Counted from the first letter of the stretch, positions 1-8,690 are shown. The stretch: 46,450 nt of DNA from Paludibacteraceae bacterium (GCA_024399755.1 JAKSNN010000001.1:1-46450), one strand, 5' to 3'. The notes: generated from the letters alone by a model not told the origin. Numbers and translations: made by a program.

Positions 1-102
1 CAAAAGCCGCAAGTAGAAAGTCAGAAGGTTATCCGTGACGGCATTCTCTACATCCTCCGTAACGGCAAGACCTATAACGCCCTTGGCGGAAGAGTGAAGT
101 AA
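1..102 (+). CDS. 3' end of an upstream CDS (partial, product unknown)
   Basis: Frame 1 is open from the window edge to TAA at 100-102 (...KVIRDGILYILRNGKTYNALGGRVK*) and is followed by a strong terminator. The tail is reminiscent of C-terminal sorting domains of secreted Bacteroidota proteins, but 33 aa is too little to call. Confidence 0.4.
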   Translation, partial: QKPQVESQKVIRDGILYILRNGKTYNALGGRVK

Positions 103-112
103 AAATCTTCGC

Positions 113-145
113 AACATGTGTATAACATGTGTATAACATGTGTAT
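113..145. repeat. 3 x 11-bp perfect tandem repeat AACATGTGTAT
   Basis: Read directly: units at 113-123, 124-134 and 135-145, between the stop at 102 and the terminator at 158-199. Confidence 0.9.
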
Positions 146-157
146 AGAGTTTGTAAA

Positions 158-199
158 CAAAAAAGGGGGTGTGCCACAGCGGCACACCCCCTTTTCTTT
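158..199. terminator. Bidirectional rho-independent terminator between convergent genes
   Basis: 11-bp GC-rich stem GGGGGTGTGCC (165-175) / GGCACACCCCC (181-191) with a 5-nt loop. An A-run upstream and a T-run downstream mean it serves the + CDS ending at 102 and pckA ending at 262. Confidence 0.85.
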
Positions 200-261
200 A
201 TTAAATCTTTGTGGATACCCCCAAAGTATAATGCTTAATCAGTTCCTAAAAAGCCTTACGC

Positions 262-1980
262 TTACTTAAAGAGATTCTTCAGCCAAGAGCAAATGCAGCA
301 AGTCTTTTTTGCCTCCTTTGCTGCAGGTTGCCCAGCAGGTTGCGCTGCGGGAGCAGCAGCCTCTTTCTTCTCCTCTGCAGGGAGTTGCGGACCGGCAGCA
401 ACAAGCGCCTTACCTGCATCGTTGGTGGTGTATTTGCCGAAGTTCTTGATGAAGCGACCTGCCAAATCAAGCGCTTTCTTCTCCCATTCGGCAGCATCTG
501 CGTATGTGTCGCGAGGGTCAAGAATCTTAGGATCAACGCCCGGCAGAGCCGTTGGTACTTCGAAGTTGAAGTAAGGAATGGTCTTGGTAGGAGCCGTCTT
601 GATGGAGCCGTCCAAGATAGCATCAATGATACCGCGCGTATCGCGAATCGAGATACGTTTGCCCGTGCCGTTCCAACCCGTATTAACGAGATAAGCCTTA
701 GCGCCACTCTTTTGCATTTTCTTAACCAGTTCCTCTGCGTATTTGGTTGGGTGCAACTCCAAGAAAGCCTGACCGAAGCAAGCGGAGAAGGTTGGAGTAG
801 GCTCGGTAATACCGCGCTCTGTACCTGCCAATTTAGCGGTAAAACCACTCAGGAAATAGTATTTGGTCTGCTCCGGAGTAAGGATACTTACAGGAGGCAG
901 TACGCCGAAGGCATCAGCACTCAGGAAGATAACGTTCTGTGCGTCAGGACCTGCACTAATCGGGCGAACAATCTTCTCAATATGGTTGATAGGATAACTT
1001 ACGCGGGTGTTCTCGGTAACGGATTTGTCGTTGAAGTCGATCTTGCCTTCAGCATCTACAGTCACGTTCTCCAAGAGCGCGTTGCGACGGATAGCGTTGT
1101 AGATATCAGGCTCGGACTCCTTGTCGAGTTTGATAACCTTTGCGTAGCAACCGCCTTCGAGGTTGAATACGCCTTGGTCGTCCCAACCGTGCTCATCATC
1201 ACCGATGAGCAAACGTTTCGGGTCGGTCGAGAGGGTAGTCTTACCCGTTCCGCTCAAGCCGAAGAAGATAGCGGTGTTCTTACCCTCCATATCCGTGTTA
1301 GCCGAGCAGTGCATCGAAGCGATACCTTGCAATGGCAGGTAGTAGTTCTGCATCGAGAACATACCTTTCTTCATCTCTCCACCATACCAAGTGTTGATGA
1401 TTACTTGCTCGCGGCTGGTGGTGTTGAAAGCCACGCAAGTGTCGGAGTTGAGCCCGAGTTCTTGATAGTTTTCTACTTTGGCTTTTGAAGCGTTGTAGAT
1501 AACGAAGTTCGGCTCGAAATTAGCAAGTTCCTCTTCGGTAGGTTGGATAAACATGTTCTTTACGAAGTGAGCCTGCCATGCTACTTCCACGATGAAACGA
1601 ACAGCCAAACGGGTCTCTTTGTTTGCACCGCAGAATGCGTCCATCACGTAGAGGTTCTTGTTGCTGAGTTCTTGTTGGGCGATAGCCTTTACTTTGCCCC
1701 AAACCTCTTCGGTCATAGGGTGGTTATCGTTCTTGTACGCTTCGGAAGTCCACCATACATTGTCATGACTTTGCGCATCATCTACGATGTATTTGTCTTT
1801 AGGTGAACGACCCGTAAAGATACCGGTCATTACGTTAACGGCACCGAGTTCGGTCAACTGACCTTTGTCGTAGCCGGTCAGACCTTCTTTAGTCTCTTCT
1901 TCGAATAAGAATTCGTAGGAAGGGTTGTGTGCAATTACGGTTGCTCCCGTAATTCCATACTTGGTTAAATCTAATTCCAT
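262..1980 (-). CDS. pckA: Phosphoenolpyruvate carboxykinase (ATP), with a 39-aa C-terminal extension
   Basis: 572-aa ORF with P-loop [15 protein letters not shown]. It is colinear with ATP-dependent PckA through ...ALVAAGPQL (E. coli PckA ends ...AAGPKL), then continues [39 protein letters not shown]. Confidence 0.95.
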   Translation of the reverse strand: MELDLTKYGITGATVIAHNPSYEFLFEEETKEGLTGYDKGQLTELGAVNVMTGIFTGRSPKDKYIVDDAQSHDNVWWTSEAYKNDNHPMTEEVWGKVKAIAQQELSNKNLYVMDAFCGANKETRLAVRFIVEVAWQAHFVKNMFIQPTEEELANFEPNFVIYNASKAKVENYQELGLNSDTCVAFNTTSREQVIINTWYGGEMKKGMFSMQNYYLPLQGIASMHCSANTDMEGKNTAIFFGLSGTGKTTLSTDPKRLLIGDDEHGWDDQGVFNLEGGCYAKVIKLDKESEPDIYNAIRRNALLENVTVDAEGKIDFNDKSVTENTRVSYPINHIEKIVRPISAGPDAQNVIFLSADAFGVLPPVSILTPEQTKYYFLSGFTAKLAGTERGITEPTPTFSACFGQAFLELHPTKYAEELVKKMQKSGAKAYLVNTGWNGTGKRISIRDTRGIIDAILDGSIKTAPTKTIPYFNFEVPTALPGVDPKILDPRDTYADAAEWEKKALDLAGRFIKNFGKYTTNDAGKALVAAGPQLPAEEKKEAAAPAAQPAGQPAAKEAKKTCCICSWLKNLFK

Positions 1981-2015
1981 AATGTATAATTGTTTTTGTA
2001 GTTGTTAATTCCAAA

Positions 2016-2057
2016 CTCTTAATTATTAACTCTTAACTCTTAATTATTAATTCTTAA
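2016..2057. repeat. 6 x 7-bp tandem repeat (CTCTTAA/TTATTAA) in the pckA 5' leader
   Basis: Units at 2016, 2023, 2030, 2037, 2044 and 2051, between the pckA promoter (2080-2111) and the ATG (1980). Confidence 0.85.
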
Positions 2058-2079
2058 ACGCCCCTTCTTTAGCACGTTA

Positions 2080-2111
2080 CAAAGGTACTGCTATTTTTTC
2101 AAATGCGCAAA
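2080..2111 (-). promoter_or_regulatory. Bacteroidota-type promoter (-33 TTTG / -7 TAccTTTG) for pckA
   Basis: Minus strand reads TTTGCGCATTTGAAAAAATAGCAGTACCTTTG with a 20-nt spacer between the TTG and TA boxes. Confidence 0.7.
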
Positions 2112-2169
2112 TTTTAGCGCTTTTTTCTGCGAAAAAGTGCCGATTGATAAGTGAAGTTAGCAAATATAC

Positions 2170-3081
2170 CTATTTTTTTCTGCGCGCACGCGGGTGTGCG
2201 GAGAGGTACGATTGCTTGATTTGCTCGAAAGTAGTGTGGGTATATACCTGCGTAGAGGCGAGGCTTGCGTGCCCAAGCAGGGTCTGAATCGTGCGAATAT
2301 CTGCGCCGTTATTGAGCATCGTTGTGGCAAAGGTATGACGCAGCACGTGTGGCGAATGTTTGTGGAGCGTACTTACCTCGCCCATCAAAGAGCGGACAAT
2401 CGTGTATAGTTGGTTGATAGTCAGTTTGTTCAGACGTTTTTGGGTCTGTCGCACCCAGAACGCATCTATGCTTTCGCCCCTTTCGGCGATTAACTGCCTG
2501 CGCAGGTCTTGATAGTGCTCAATCTGCTGAATAAGATGTTCGCCGATGGGTACGATACGCTCTTTGCTGCGCTTACCGAACACCCGAATCTGCCCTTCCC
2601 GTGTGTCAATATCCTTGTCTGTGAGGTTAATCAGTTCGGCGCGACGCATGCCCGTTTGGTAGAGCATCTGGATAATCAGGGCATTACGGACGCTATCGAA
2701 GTCGTCCTCGTCGGCATGGATTTGGGCTACCTGCTCCATTTCGCTTTCCTTGAAGAAGACAGGAAGCGGTTTGTCTGTTTTGGGCGAGATGATACGTTGG
2801 GTAATATCTTTCTTAATTTGCCCTGTCCGCAGCAGAAACTTATAGAAACTTTTTAGGCAGCATAGTTTGCGCTTGACGCTGCGGGGCGAGTTATGCTGCT
2901 GCTCCAGCAGGTCAATCATCCATAGTTTGATGTCGTTCTCGTCCAGTCGTTTAGGGTCAAACGCTTCTGTTTCCCAACCAAAGAACCGACAGAAATCGCG
3001 CAAGTCGTTGGTGTAGGCAAGGACGGTCTTGGGCGAATAGCGACGCTCAATAGCAATATAATCAAGAAAATGCTGAATCAA
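2170..3081 (-). CDS. Tyrosine recombinase, XerC/XerD family
   Basis: 303 aa with an N-terminal core-binding region (FLDYIAIERRYSPKTVLAYTNDL) and a C-terminal catalytic region HVLRHTFATTML...LLGHASLASTQVYTH. The start codon at 3079-3081 is TTG with no nearby in-frame ATG, so the start is uncertain. Confidence 0.85.
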   Translation of the reverse strand: MIQHFLDYIAIERRYSPKTVLAYTNDLRDFCRFFGWETEAFDPKRLDENDIKLWMIDLLEQQHNSPRSVKRKLCCLKSFYKFLLRTGQIKKDITQRIISPKTDKPLPVFFKESEMEQVAQIHADEDDFDSVRNALIIQMLYQTGMRRAELINLTDKDIDTREGQIRVFGKRSKERIVPIGEHLIQQIEHYQDLRRQLIAERGESIDAFWVRQTQKRLNKLTINQLYTIVRSLMGEVSTLHKHSPHVLRHTFATTMLNNGADIRTIQTLLGHASLASTQVYTHTTFEQIKQSYLSAHPRARRKK

Positions 3082-3108
3082 GGTGCAGCCTTACCGAAGT
3101 GGAGGTTA

Positions 3109-3759
3109 TCAATGTATTTCCTTCCCGGTATCTTCCGTCTTCTCAAACGGGAACAGACCAAACAGTTCGGCATCAATGCGGTCGGTGATGGAACGGAAGT
3201 CCTCGGGGTTTTGCGCAAACTTCACATGGTCGCCATCGACAATCAGGAGTTTACCTTTATAGTCGGCAATCCAGTTCTCGTATAGTTCGTTCAAACCTTG
3301 CAGGTAGTCAATACGCATGGAAGCCTCGTAGGAACGTCCGCGCTTCTGAATCTGTGCCACAAGGTTCGGAATGCTGGAGCGGATATAAATCATCAGGTCG
3401 GGCATCTTCACCAACGACATCATCAGGTTGAATAAGTCGCAATAAGTGTCGAAATCGCGGTCGGACATGAATCCCTGACGGTGCAGATTAGGCGCAAAGA
3501 TACGTGCGTCCTCGTAGATTGTGCGGTCTTGAATAATGAATTCATCGGTTTTCGATATATCCACTACGTCCTTAAAGCGCTTGTTGAGGAAGTATATCTG
3601 CAGATTGAACGACCAGCGCGACATGTCGTTATAAAAGTCTTCCAGATACGGATTGAAATCCACACTCTCGAAGCGTGGTGTCCAGCCATAGTGTTTGGCT
3701 AACATGTTGGTCAGTGTGGTCTTACCACAACCGATGTTTCCTGCGATTGCTATATGCAT
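3109..3759 (-). CDS. Deoxynucleoside kinase (dAK/dGK/dCK family), copy 1
   Basis: 216 aa with P-loop AGNIGCGKTT and dNK-family layout (FESVDFNPYLEDFY..., DRTIYED). Confidence 0.9.
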   Translation of the reverse strand: MHIAIAGNIGCGKTTLTNMLAKHYGWTPRFESVDFNPYLEDFYNDMSRWSFNLQIYFLNKRFKDVVDISKTDEFIIQDRTIYEDARIFAPNLHRQGFMSDRDFDTYCDLFNLMMSLVKMPDLMIYIRSSIPNLVAQIQKRGRSYEASMRIDYLQGLNELYENWIADYKGKLLIVDGDHVKFAQNPEDFRSITDRIDAELFGLFPFEKTEDTGKEIH

Positions 3760-3761
3760 AG

Positions 3762-4391
3762 TTATAAATTTTGTTCCGAGAACATACCGAATAGTTCCGC
3801 ATCAATCTTGTTGACGATGGCTCGGAAGTCCTCCATATTGTGTTCAAAGTCCATATTATCAGAGTTAATCGTGAGCACACGTCCCTCGTAGTGGTTATAG
3901 AGATAGTCCTCATAGATTTCGTTCAGCCCGGTGATATAGTCGAATTGTAAGGTCTGTTCGCACTCTCTGCCACGTTTCTGTATTTGGGCGATGAGAGTGG
4001 GAATGGATTTGCGGAGATAAATCATCAGGTCGGGCACTTTGATTCTCGGTTTCATGAGGGCAAAAAGTTCCATGTAGGTAGTATAGTCGCGCTCACTCAA
4101 GTCTCCTCGCAGGTAGTTGTTTTTCACGAAAACGTTAACACCCTCGAAGATGGTGCGGTCCTGTACGATTGTGTGTTCAATCCGTGCAATATCCAACACA
4201 TCGCGGAAACGTTCTTTGAGGAAATATGTCTCCAAATCAAATGACCAGCGTCTAATATCCTTGTAGTAATCTTCCAAGTAAGGATTAAAACTTACACTCT
4301 CGAAGCGAGGTTCCCAACCATAATACTTAGCCAGCATTTTGGTTAATGTTGTCTTACCCGCACCAATATTTCCTGCTACTGCGATGAACAT
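3762..4391 (-). CDS. Deoxynucleoside kinase, copy 2 (tandem paralogue)
   Basis: P-loop AGNIGAGKTT, colinear with copy 1. The ORF-track start at 4409 is TTG inside the -7 box; the ATG at 4389-4391 (MFIAVAGNIG...) is preferred. Confidence 0.9.
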   Translation of the reverse strand: MFIAVAGNIGAGKTTLTKMLAKYYGWEPRFESVSFNPYLEDYYKDIRRWSFDLETYFLKERFRDVLDIARIEHTIVQDRTIFEGVNVFVKNNYLRGDLSERDYTTYMELFALMKPRIKVPDLMIYLRKSIPTLIAQIQKRGRECEQTLQFDYITGLNEIYEDYLYNHYEGRVLTINSDNMDFEHNMEDFRAIVNKIDAELFGMFSEQNL

Positions 4392-4406
4392 TTTTCTAAC
4401 GTTGTG

Positions 4407-4437
4407 CAAAGGTACTGCTTTTTTTCAAGATGTGCAA
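4407..4437 (-). promoter_or_regulatory. Bacteroidota-type promoter for the dNK pair
   Basis: Minus strand reads TTGCACATCTTGAAAAAAAGCAGTACCTTTG with a 20-nt spacer. Confidence 0.65.
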
Positions 4438-4462
4438 GAGAAAACGAAATATACTTGTAATT

Positions 4463-5341
4463 TTACCACTCAAAAACAATGTCACTTATCAAAGGGAAAT
4501 GGTCGCTGAGGTTTGCGGCTTCCCATTCGAGGCGTTCTTTTTCATCGGTAGCAGCGTTAGGGTGAGTCGCACTATAGCCGTCAGGTGTGATTTGTTCCAC
4601 TTCGGTATTGAGAATCTTACCGCCTTTTACAAATATATTATCCAAATACGGCGTGCAAGAGGATACGTTATAGCATGTTAACAGGTTGCCGAAGTAGCCA
4701 CAGTTGGCAGCCTCAAAACCGCTATCCGTAAAGCGTTTTGTGGAAGCCACACGGTCTTTCTCACGGAAGTTGAAGTCGCCGGCTATCAGCACACGCTCCT
4801 CGTTCTTGTACCGATCCAAAAGGATAGTGATGGACGAGTCGTTCAGTTCAAACGACTGCCAAGGCAAGTGACATTCGCAGAGAATCACTTTCTTTCCGCC
4901 TAAATAGAACACCCCCTCATACGCCGTATAGCCACGCTTGAGTTCTACTTCGTGCATCTCGCTCAGCGGGAACACGCTGTGTAGCGCCACACCGATATAA
5001 TATCTTTCTTTTGGAGCGATGTAGTGGTGCGCATATTGTGGCAAAAGGGCATCTACGGCTTTTTCTTCGCCGTAGAAGATACTACTCCATTCGCAGATTC
5101 CTACTACATCGGCATGATATTTGGCGAAGATACGACGATATTCCGCCTTCTTGGCTTCGTAGTCGTCTGCGGTAATAGCCGATTTGTAGTCGTTTCCGTT
5201 GGCATAGTGCCCGATGTTCCAATGGAGATAACGCAGATGAAACGCTTGTGGAGTGTTGTTTTTCTTGTTGGCAGCCATGCTGTCACCCATACTAAGTAGC
5301 GAGATACTTAATAAGATAAGAAGGAGTCGTGTGTATTTCAT
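4463..5341 (-). CDS. Secreted endonuclease/exonuclease/phosphatase (EEP) family protein
   Basis: 292 aa with signal peptide MKYTRLLLILLSISLL... The EEP-type C-terminal motif LSDHFPLISD and IAGDFNF are present. Confidence 0.8.
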   Translation of the reverse strand: MKYTRLLLILLSISLLSMGDSMAANKKNNTPQAFHLRYLHWNIGHYANGNDYKSAITADDYEAKKAEYRRIFAKYHADVVGICEWSSIFYGEEKAVDALLPQYAHHYIAPKERYYIGVALHSVFPLSEMHEVELKRGYTAYEGVFYLGGKKVILCECHLPWQSFELNDSSITILLDRYKNEERVLIAGDFNFREKDRVASTKRFTDSGFEAANCGYFGNLLTCYNVSSCTPYLDNIFVKGGKILNTEVEQITPDGYSATHPNAATDEKERLEWEAANLSDHFPLISDIVFEW

Positions 5342-5347
5342 ATCGTG

Positions 5348-6487
5348 TTATTTTGTTTTCTTGATGATACGTTTTAGGTAAGGCAGTATGGCTTTTACGT
5401 AGTTGTTAAAGCCGGCATCTGTCAGGTGGGTATTATCTACGGTGCCTTCGCCGTCTTTGCCTGCGAAGTCGCATTCGTTCATGTAATAAAGGTTTTTATG
5501 TCCCTCTTTGCGCAGGCGCAGGTACGTTTGCTTCCAAATGGCGTTACGTTTCGGGTTATCTTCGCGTAGTCGTGTGTCAAACTCCTGATTAGGCTGTATC
5601 TCGCAGGGCACCATTAGTATAGGTTTGTCTGTGATGCTATCCGCCAGCATTTTCATAAACGTGTAGGCAAGGCTATCGGTCAAGGCTAACGGGTTATTCA
5701 TTAGCGGGTCAATCACATACATTGCTATATCCTCGTCCATCGATAAAATCGTGCGGACGTTTTCGGGATACAGTTTGGCGCTACCCGAGAAGCCCATATT
5801 CACACATTCGCGATTGAGAAGACGTTGCAGTTGATTGGTCTGTGTTACGCCTGTGCGGCTGGCGCACCCGCCTTGCATAATGCTTGTTCCGAAGAAAACT
5901 ATCTTGCCTCCGTGACGAGGGTTATCTACTTTGGGATATTCGATTATGGCTGCGGAATCTACGCCGATTTCGAATTTATCAACACCGTCGTACAAGGGCA
6001 AATAGATAAGGTACTCGTGCATTTCGCCGTCCATGCGTGAGGTATATTTACGTTGCTGCTGTTTACCCTGTTGCGGACGAATGGTAGCGATGTAGTGCCA
6101 TTGGTTATCCGCTTCGGTCAGCAGGTAGAGATCGGAGCCTTTGATTCCTGTGAAAGGCATGTGATTCATTACCTCATCTTCCTTTAGCAGGTAGCGTGCT
6201 GCAATCGTTTTTGAGTTGGTGCGAAAACGTATGCCGATACCTGCCGAACATTGTGCCAGTTCAAATATCTCGGGACGTGTTTGCCCTTTCAGCGCATCGG
6301 GAATGCGGGTCAGTGCAGGTTGTGTACTGCGGTAGCCCCGATTGATAACACGATAGTTGGTAGCATCGGTATAGATGAGATTATCTTGTGTGTTTTGCGC
6401 CAGAGAGGGTGATGCTAAGCAAAGGAAAATGCCAATCAAGGCATCGGACAGAAACGTTTTCATACGTTTAGATGATTTAGGGTGCAT
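5348..6487 (-). CDS. Secreted SGNH/GDSL-type esterase with a GxDLY-type N-terminal domain
   Basis: 379 aa with a signal peptide ending SLAQ. It shows GIKGSDLYLL (GxDLY), SGNH block I FFGTSIMQGG and block V DNTHLTDAG. An alternative ATG lies at 6463. Confidence 0.8.
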   Translation of the reverse strand: MHPKSSKRMKTFLSDALIGIFLCLASPSLAQNTQDNLIYTDATNYRVINRGYRSTQPALTRIPDALKGQTRPEIFELAQCSAGIGIRFRTNSKTIAARYLLKEDEVMNHMPFTGIKGSDLYLLTEADNQWHYIATIRPQQGKQQQRKYTSRMDGEMHEYLIYLPLYDGVDKFEIGVDSAAIIEYPKVDNPRHGGKIVFFGTSIMQGGCASRTGVTQTNQLQRLLNRECVNMGFSGSAKLYPENVRTILSMDEDIAMYVIDPLMNNPLALTDSLAYTFMKMLADSITDKPILMVPCEIQPNQEFDTRLREDNPKRNAIWKQTYLRLRKEGHKNLYYMNECDFAGKDGEGTVDNTHLTDAGFNNYVKAILPYLKRIIKKTK

Positions 6488-6507
6488 ATTTGTTCCGTTT
6501 TACGCTG

Positions 6508-6539
6508 CAAAGGTACTACAAATTTTCCGAATGTGCAAA
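6508..6539 (-). promoter_or_regulatory. Bacteroidota-type promoter for the SGNH esterase
   Basis: Minus strand reads TTGCACATTCGGAAAATTTGTAGTACCTTTG, identical over 31 nt to the sites at 24734-24764 and 25056-25086. Confidence 0.7.
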
Positions 6540-6663
6540 AAAAAGCGCACGGAAGCGCCTTTTTTGCCGGACGATGTACAATTGAAAATGTCAATTAGTC
6601 CGCTGGTGCTAATGTCAAAAGTATAATCGCACAATGTATAATGTACGATTTGTGATTTGTAAG

Positions 6664-6723
6664 GGTACGGTGAGGGTTCGGTCTGGGTTCGGTGCGGTAC
6701 GGTAGTGGTACGGGGAAGGGTTC
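6664..6723. repeat. 5-6 phased (10-11-bp) copies of GGT(A/T)CGG
   Basis: Motif starts at 6664, 6675, 6686, 6696 and 6707, with a partial copy at 6718. On the minus strand it reads CCG(T/A)ACC. Confidence 0.8.
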
Positions 6724-6725
6724 TA

Positions 6726-6758
6726 CAAAAAAAGGAGCGCGATTCACATCGCGCGTCC
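6726..6758 (-). terminator. Rho-independent terminator of the response-regulator gene
   Basis: Stem 6734-6743 / 6748-6758 (GGAGCGCGAT..ATCGCGCGTCC, one bulge) with loop TCAC. On the minus strand it is followed by TTTTTTT (6727-6733). Confidence 0.7.
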
Positions 6759-6819
6759 TTCCACATGAAAAACACTATTTATTAATAACACAAACTAACT
6801 GCATCACTGCAGTTATGGG

Positions 6820-7494
6820 TTAGCCCTCAACGAGCTTATATCCTTTGCCATGCAGCCCTAAAATCGTAACGGACGTGTCTTCTAAGATTTTCCGCAAGTG
6901 ATTTACATAGACCGACAATGAACGAGATGCAAAATATGTATTCTCTTGCCAAATCTGATTTAGAATGACATTACGTGCTACAACTTGGTTCTTGTTGCGA
7001 GCCAACAGGAGCAGCAATTCGTTCTCTTTGGCAGAGAGATGTTTGCCGTCAAATATCTGACGAACCGAGTCAAATTCTTTCCCGCTGAACGTAAAAACGG
7101 TTTCTCTATTTTCCTTTGACATCACACGACGCAAAATAGCATTGATGCGGCAAATGAGAATATCCATTGAGAAAGGCTTCGTCACGTAGTCGTCACAGCC
7201 TAATTCAAAACCGCGGATAATATCTTCGCGTGAAGAACGCTCCGTAAGGAAGATGACAGGAATATCTATGTCGCGACTGCGTAGTGTGGTTAGCACCTGA
7301 AAACCATTCATGTGAGGCATCGAGACATCCAAAATCAAGACATCAAAATGCTCATGCTGAAACTTTTCCAAGACGTCAGCACCAGAATGTACATTGTCAA
7401 CCAAAAAGCCTCTCGAACTCAAGTAATCAGCCAAAACGGTTGACAAATTGACATCATCGTCACATAAAATGATATGTTTCTCTTGTGTTTCCAT
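6820..7494 (-). CDS. OmpR/PhoB-family response regulator (receiver + winged helix)
   Basis: 224 aa with receiver motifs ILCDDD and DVLILDVSMP and a C-terminal wHTH ending GKGYKLV. No histidine kinase gene is adjacent. Confidence 0.9.
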   Translation of the reverse strand: METQEKHIILCDDDVNLSTVLADYLSSRGFLVDNVHSGADVLEKFQHEHFDVLILDVSMPHMNGFQVLTTLRSRDIDIPVIFLTERSSREDIIRGFELGCDDYVTKPFSMDILICRINAILRRVMSKENRETVFTFSGKEFDSVRQIFDGKHLSAKENELLLLLARNKNQVVARNVILNQIWQENTYFASRSLSVYVNHLRKILEDTSVTILGLHGKGYKLVEG

Positions 7495-7557
7495 AACTAT
7501 TTGTTATCTTACAATAACCGTGCCATACTAATAAAATGTCATAAAAAAATATGAAAA

Positions 7558-7589
7558 TTTGTAGTATTGAAAAAGTTTTCGTAACTTTG
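7558..7589 (+). promoter_or_regulatory. Bacteroidota-type promoter for ansA
   Basis: TTTG (7558-7561), 20 nt, TAACTTTG (7582-7589), about 30 nt upstream of the ATG. Confidence 0.6.
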
Positions 7590-7618
7590 TGCCGAATTAA
7601 GCGGAATGCTATACGATT

Positions 7619-8659
7619 ATGAATAAAGTATTACTTATTTTTACAGGCGGAACAATCTCTATGGTTCGTAGCAAGGAGACTGGCGGTTTGGCTCCTGCTG
7701 ATTTAGAGACGTTTAAGGCAAATGTGCCGGAACTCTTCTCCAGCGATATCGCTATTGAGATGCTACCGTTCAATCCGTTGATTGACTCATCTGATGTCAA
7801 TCCCGATAACTGGGCAAAGATGGCGCAAACGGTGTATGACCATTACAACGAGTTTGATGGCTTCGTTATTCTGCACGGTACTGACACGATGTCTTATTCT
7901 GCCAGCGCACTCAGTTTTATGTTGGATAATCTGAGCAAGCCAGTCATATTTACAGGTTCGCAATTGCCAATCGGTGTGTTGCGTTCCGATGCGAAAGAGA
8001 ATCTGCTAACTGCCATTGAGATAGCCGCGGCAAAGAAGGAGAACGGCGAAGCGATGGTGCCGGAAGTGGCGCTTTATTTTGGCGACCGTTTATTCCGCGG
8101 TAACAGAACCACCAAACGTAATGCGGAACATTTCTCTGCTTTCAACTCGTATAACTTCCCTGCTTTGGCGAAGGCGGGCGTACATATTACCTACGAACCT
8201 AATCTCATTCGTTATCCCAAGACTTCAGCACCCCTACGCTTGCGTGTCAATACCAATCGTAATGTAGCGGTACTCAAACTCTTCCCGGGCATTACGGAGG
8301 AGATAGTGCACAGCATTCTTTCTACTCCGAACCTGCGTGGCGTAGTGCTTGAAACCTATGGTGCGGGGAATGCGCCTTCGTATGACTGGCTCTATCGTCA
8401 ATTGCGTGATGCAGGCGAGAGAGGTATCGTGATTGTCAATAAGACGCAATGTAATACAGGTAGCGTAGAGATGGGGCGCTATGAGGTCTCTATGAACCTG
8501 CTGAAAGCGGGGGTGCTCTCCGGCTACGATATCACGACGGAGGCTTTGCTTACAAAGATGATGTATCTGCTTGGCGAGAATCCAACCGATGTGGAGGAAG
8601 TAAAACGCCAGTTGCAAATCTCGCTTTGTGGCGAAATGACCACCGAGCATACACGCTAA
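7619..8659 (+). CDS. ansA: L-asparaginase, type I
   Basis: 346 aa with the catalytic motifs FTGGTISM and ILHGTDTM. Confidence 0.9.
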   Translation: MNKVLLIFTGGTISMVRSKETGGLAPADLETFKANVPELFSSDIAIEMLPFNPLIDSSDVNPDNWAKMAQTVYDHYNEFDGFVILHGTDTMSYSASALSFMLDNLSKPVIFTGSQLPIGVLRSDAKENLLTAIEIAAAKKENGEAMVPEVALYFGDRLFRGNRTTKRNAEHFSAFNSYNFPALAKAGVHITYEPNLIRYPKTSAPLRLRVNTNRNVAVLKLFPGITEEIVHSILSTPNLRGVVLETYGAGNAPSYDWLYRQLRDAGERGIVIVNKTQCNTGSVEMGRYEVSMNLLKAGVLSGYDITTEALLTKMMYLLGENPTDVEEVKRQLQISLCGEMTTEHTR

Positions 8660-8690
8660 CACATAGTAAAATCACCAAAAAATCAATACA

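Noticed and set aside
328-1488. Long antisense ORFs opposite strong genes (328-1488 vs pckA; 10151-10987 vs rpe; 25331-26437 vs dxs; 27440-28525 vs trkA; 34447-35403 vs nadC; 41025-41861 vs the BMP-like gene).
   Set aside because: They are shadow ORFs. Their translations are low-complexity and Arg/Ser/Cys-rich with no recognisable motifs. The opposite strand encodes unmistakable conserved proteins in every case.
2170-3081. The Xer-type recombinase as the integrase of a mobile element or invertase for the 15-kb inverted-repeat segment.
   Set aside because: It has no flanking att-like repeats, no excisionase or mobilisation genes and no tRNA target. It lies 22 kb from the nearest repeat copy and looks like the housekeeping XerC/D-type enzyme.
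6541-6566. The hairpin AAAAGCGCACGGAAGCGCCTTTTTT just upstream of the esterase promoter as a second terminator.
   Set aside because: It has only a 4-5-bp GC stem. It may act as an insulator, but it is too weak to annotate confidently.
6500-6775. A 91-aa ORF (minus strand) in the 6.5-6.8 kb intergenic region.
   Set aside because: It spans a promoter, a terminator and the phased repeat array. Its sequence is repeat-derived low complexity (TEPSPYPYK...), so it is not credible as a gene.
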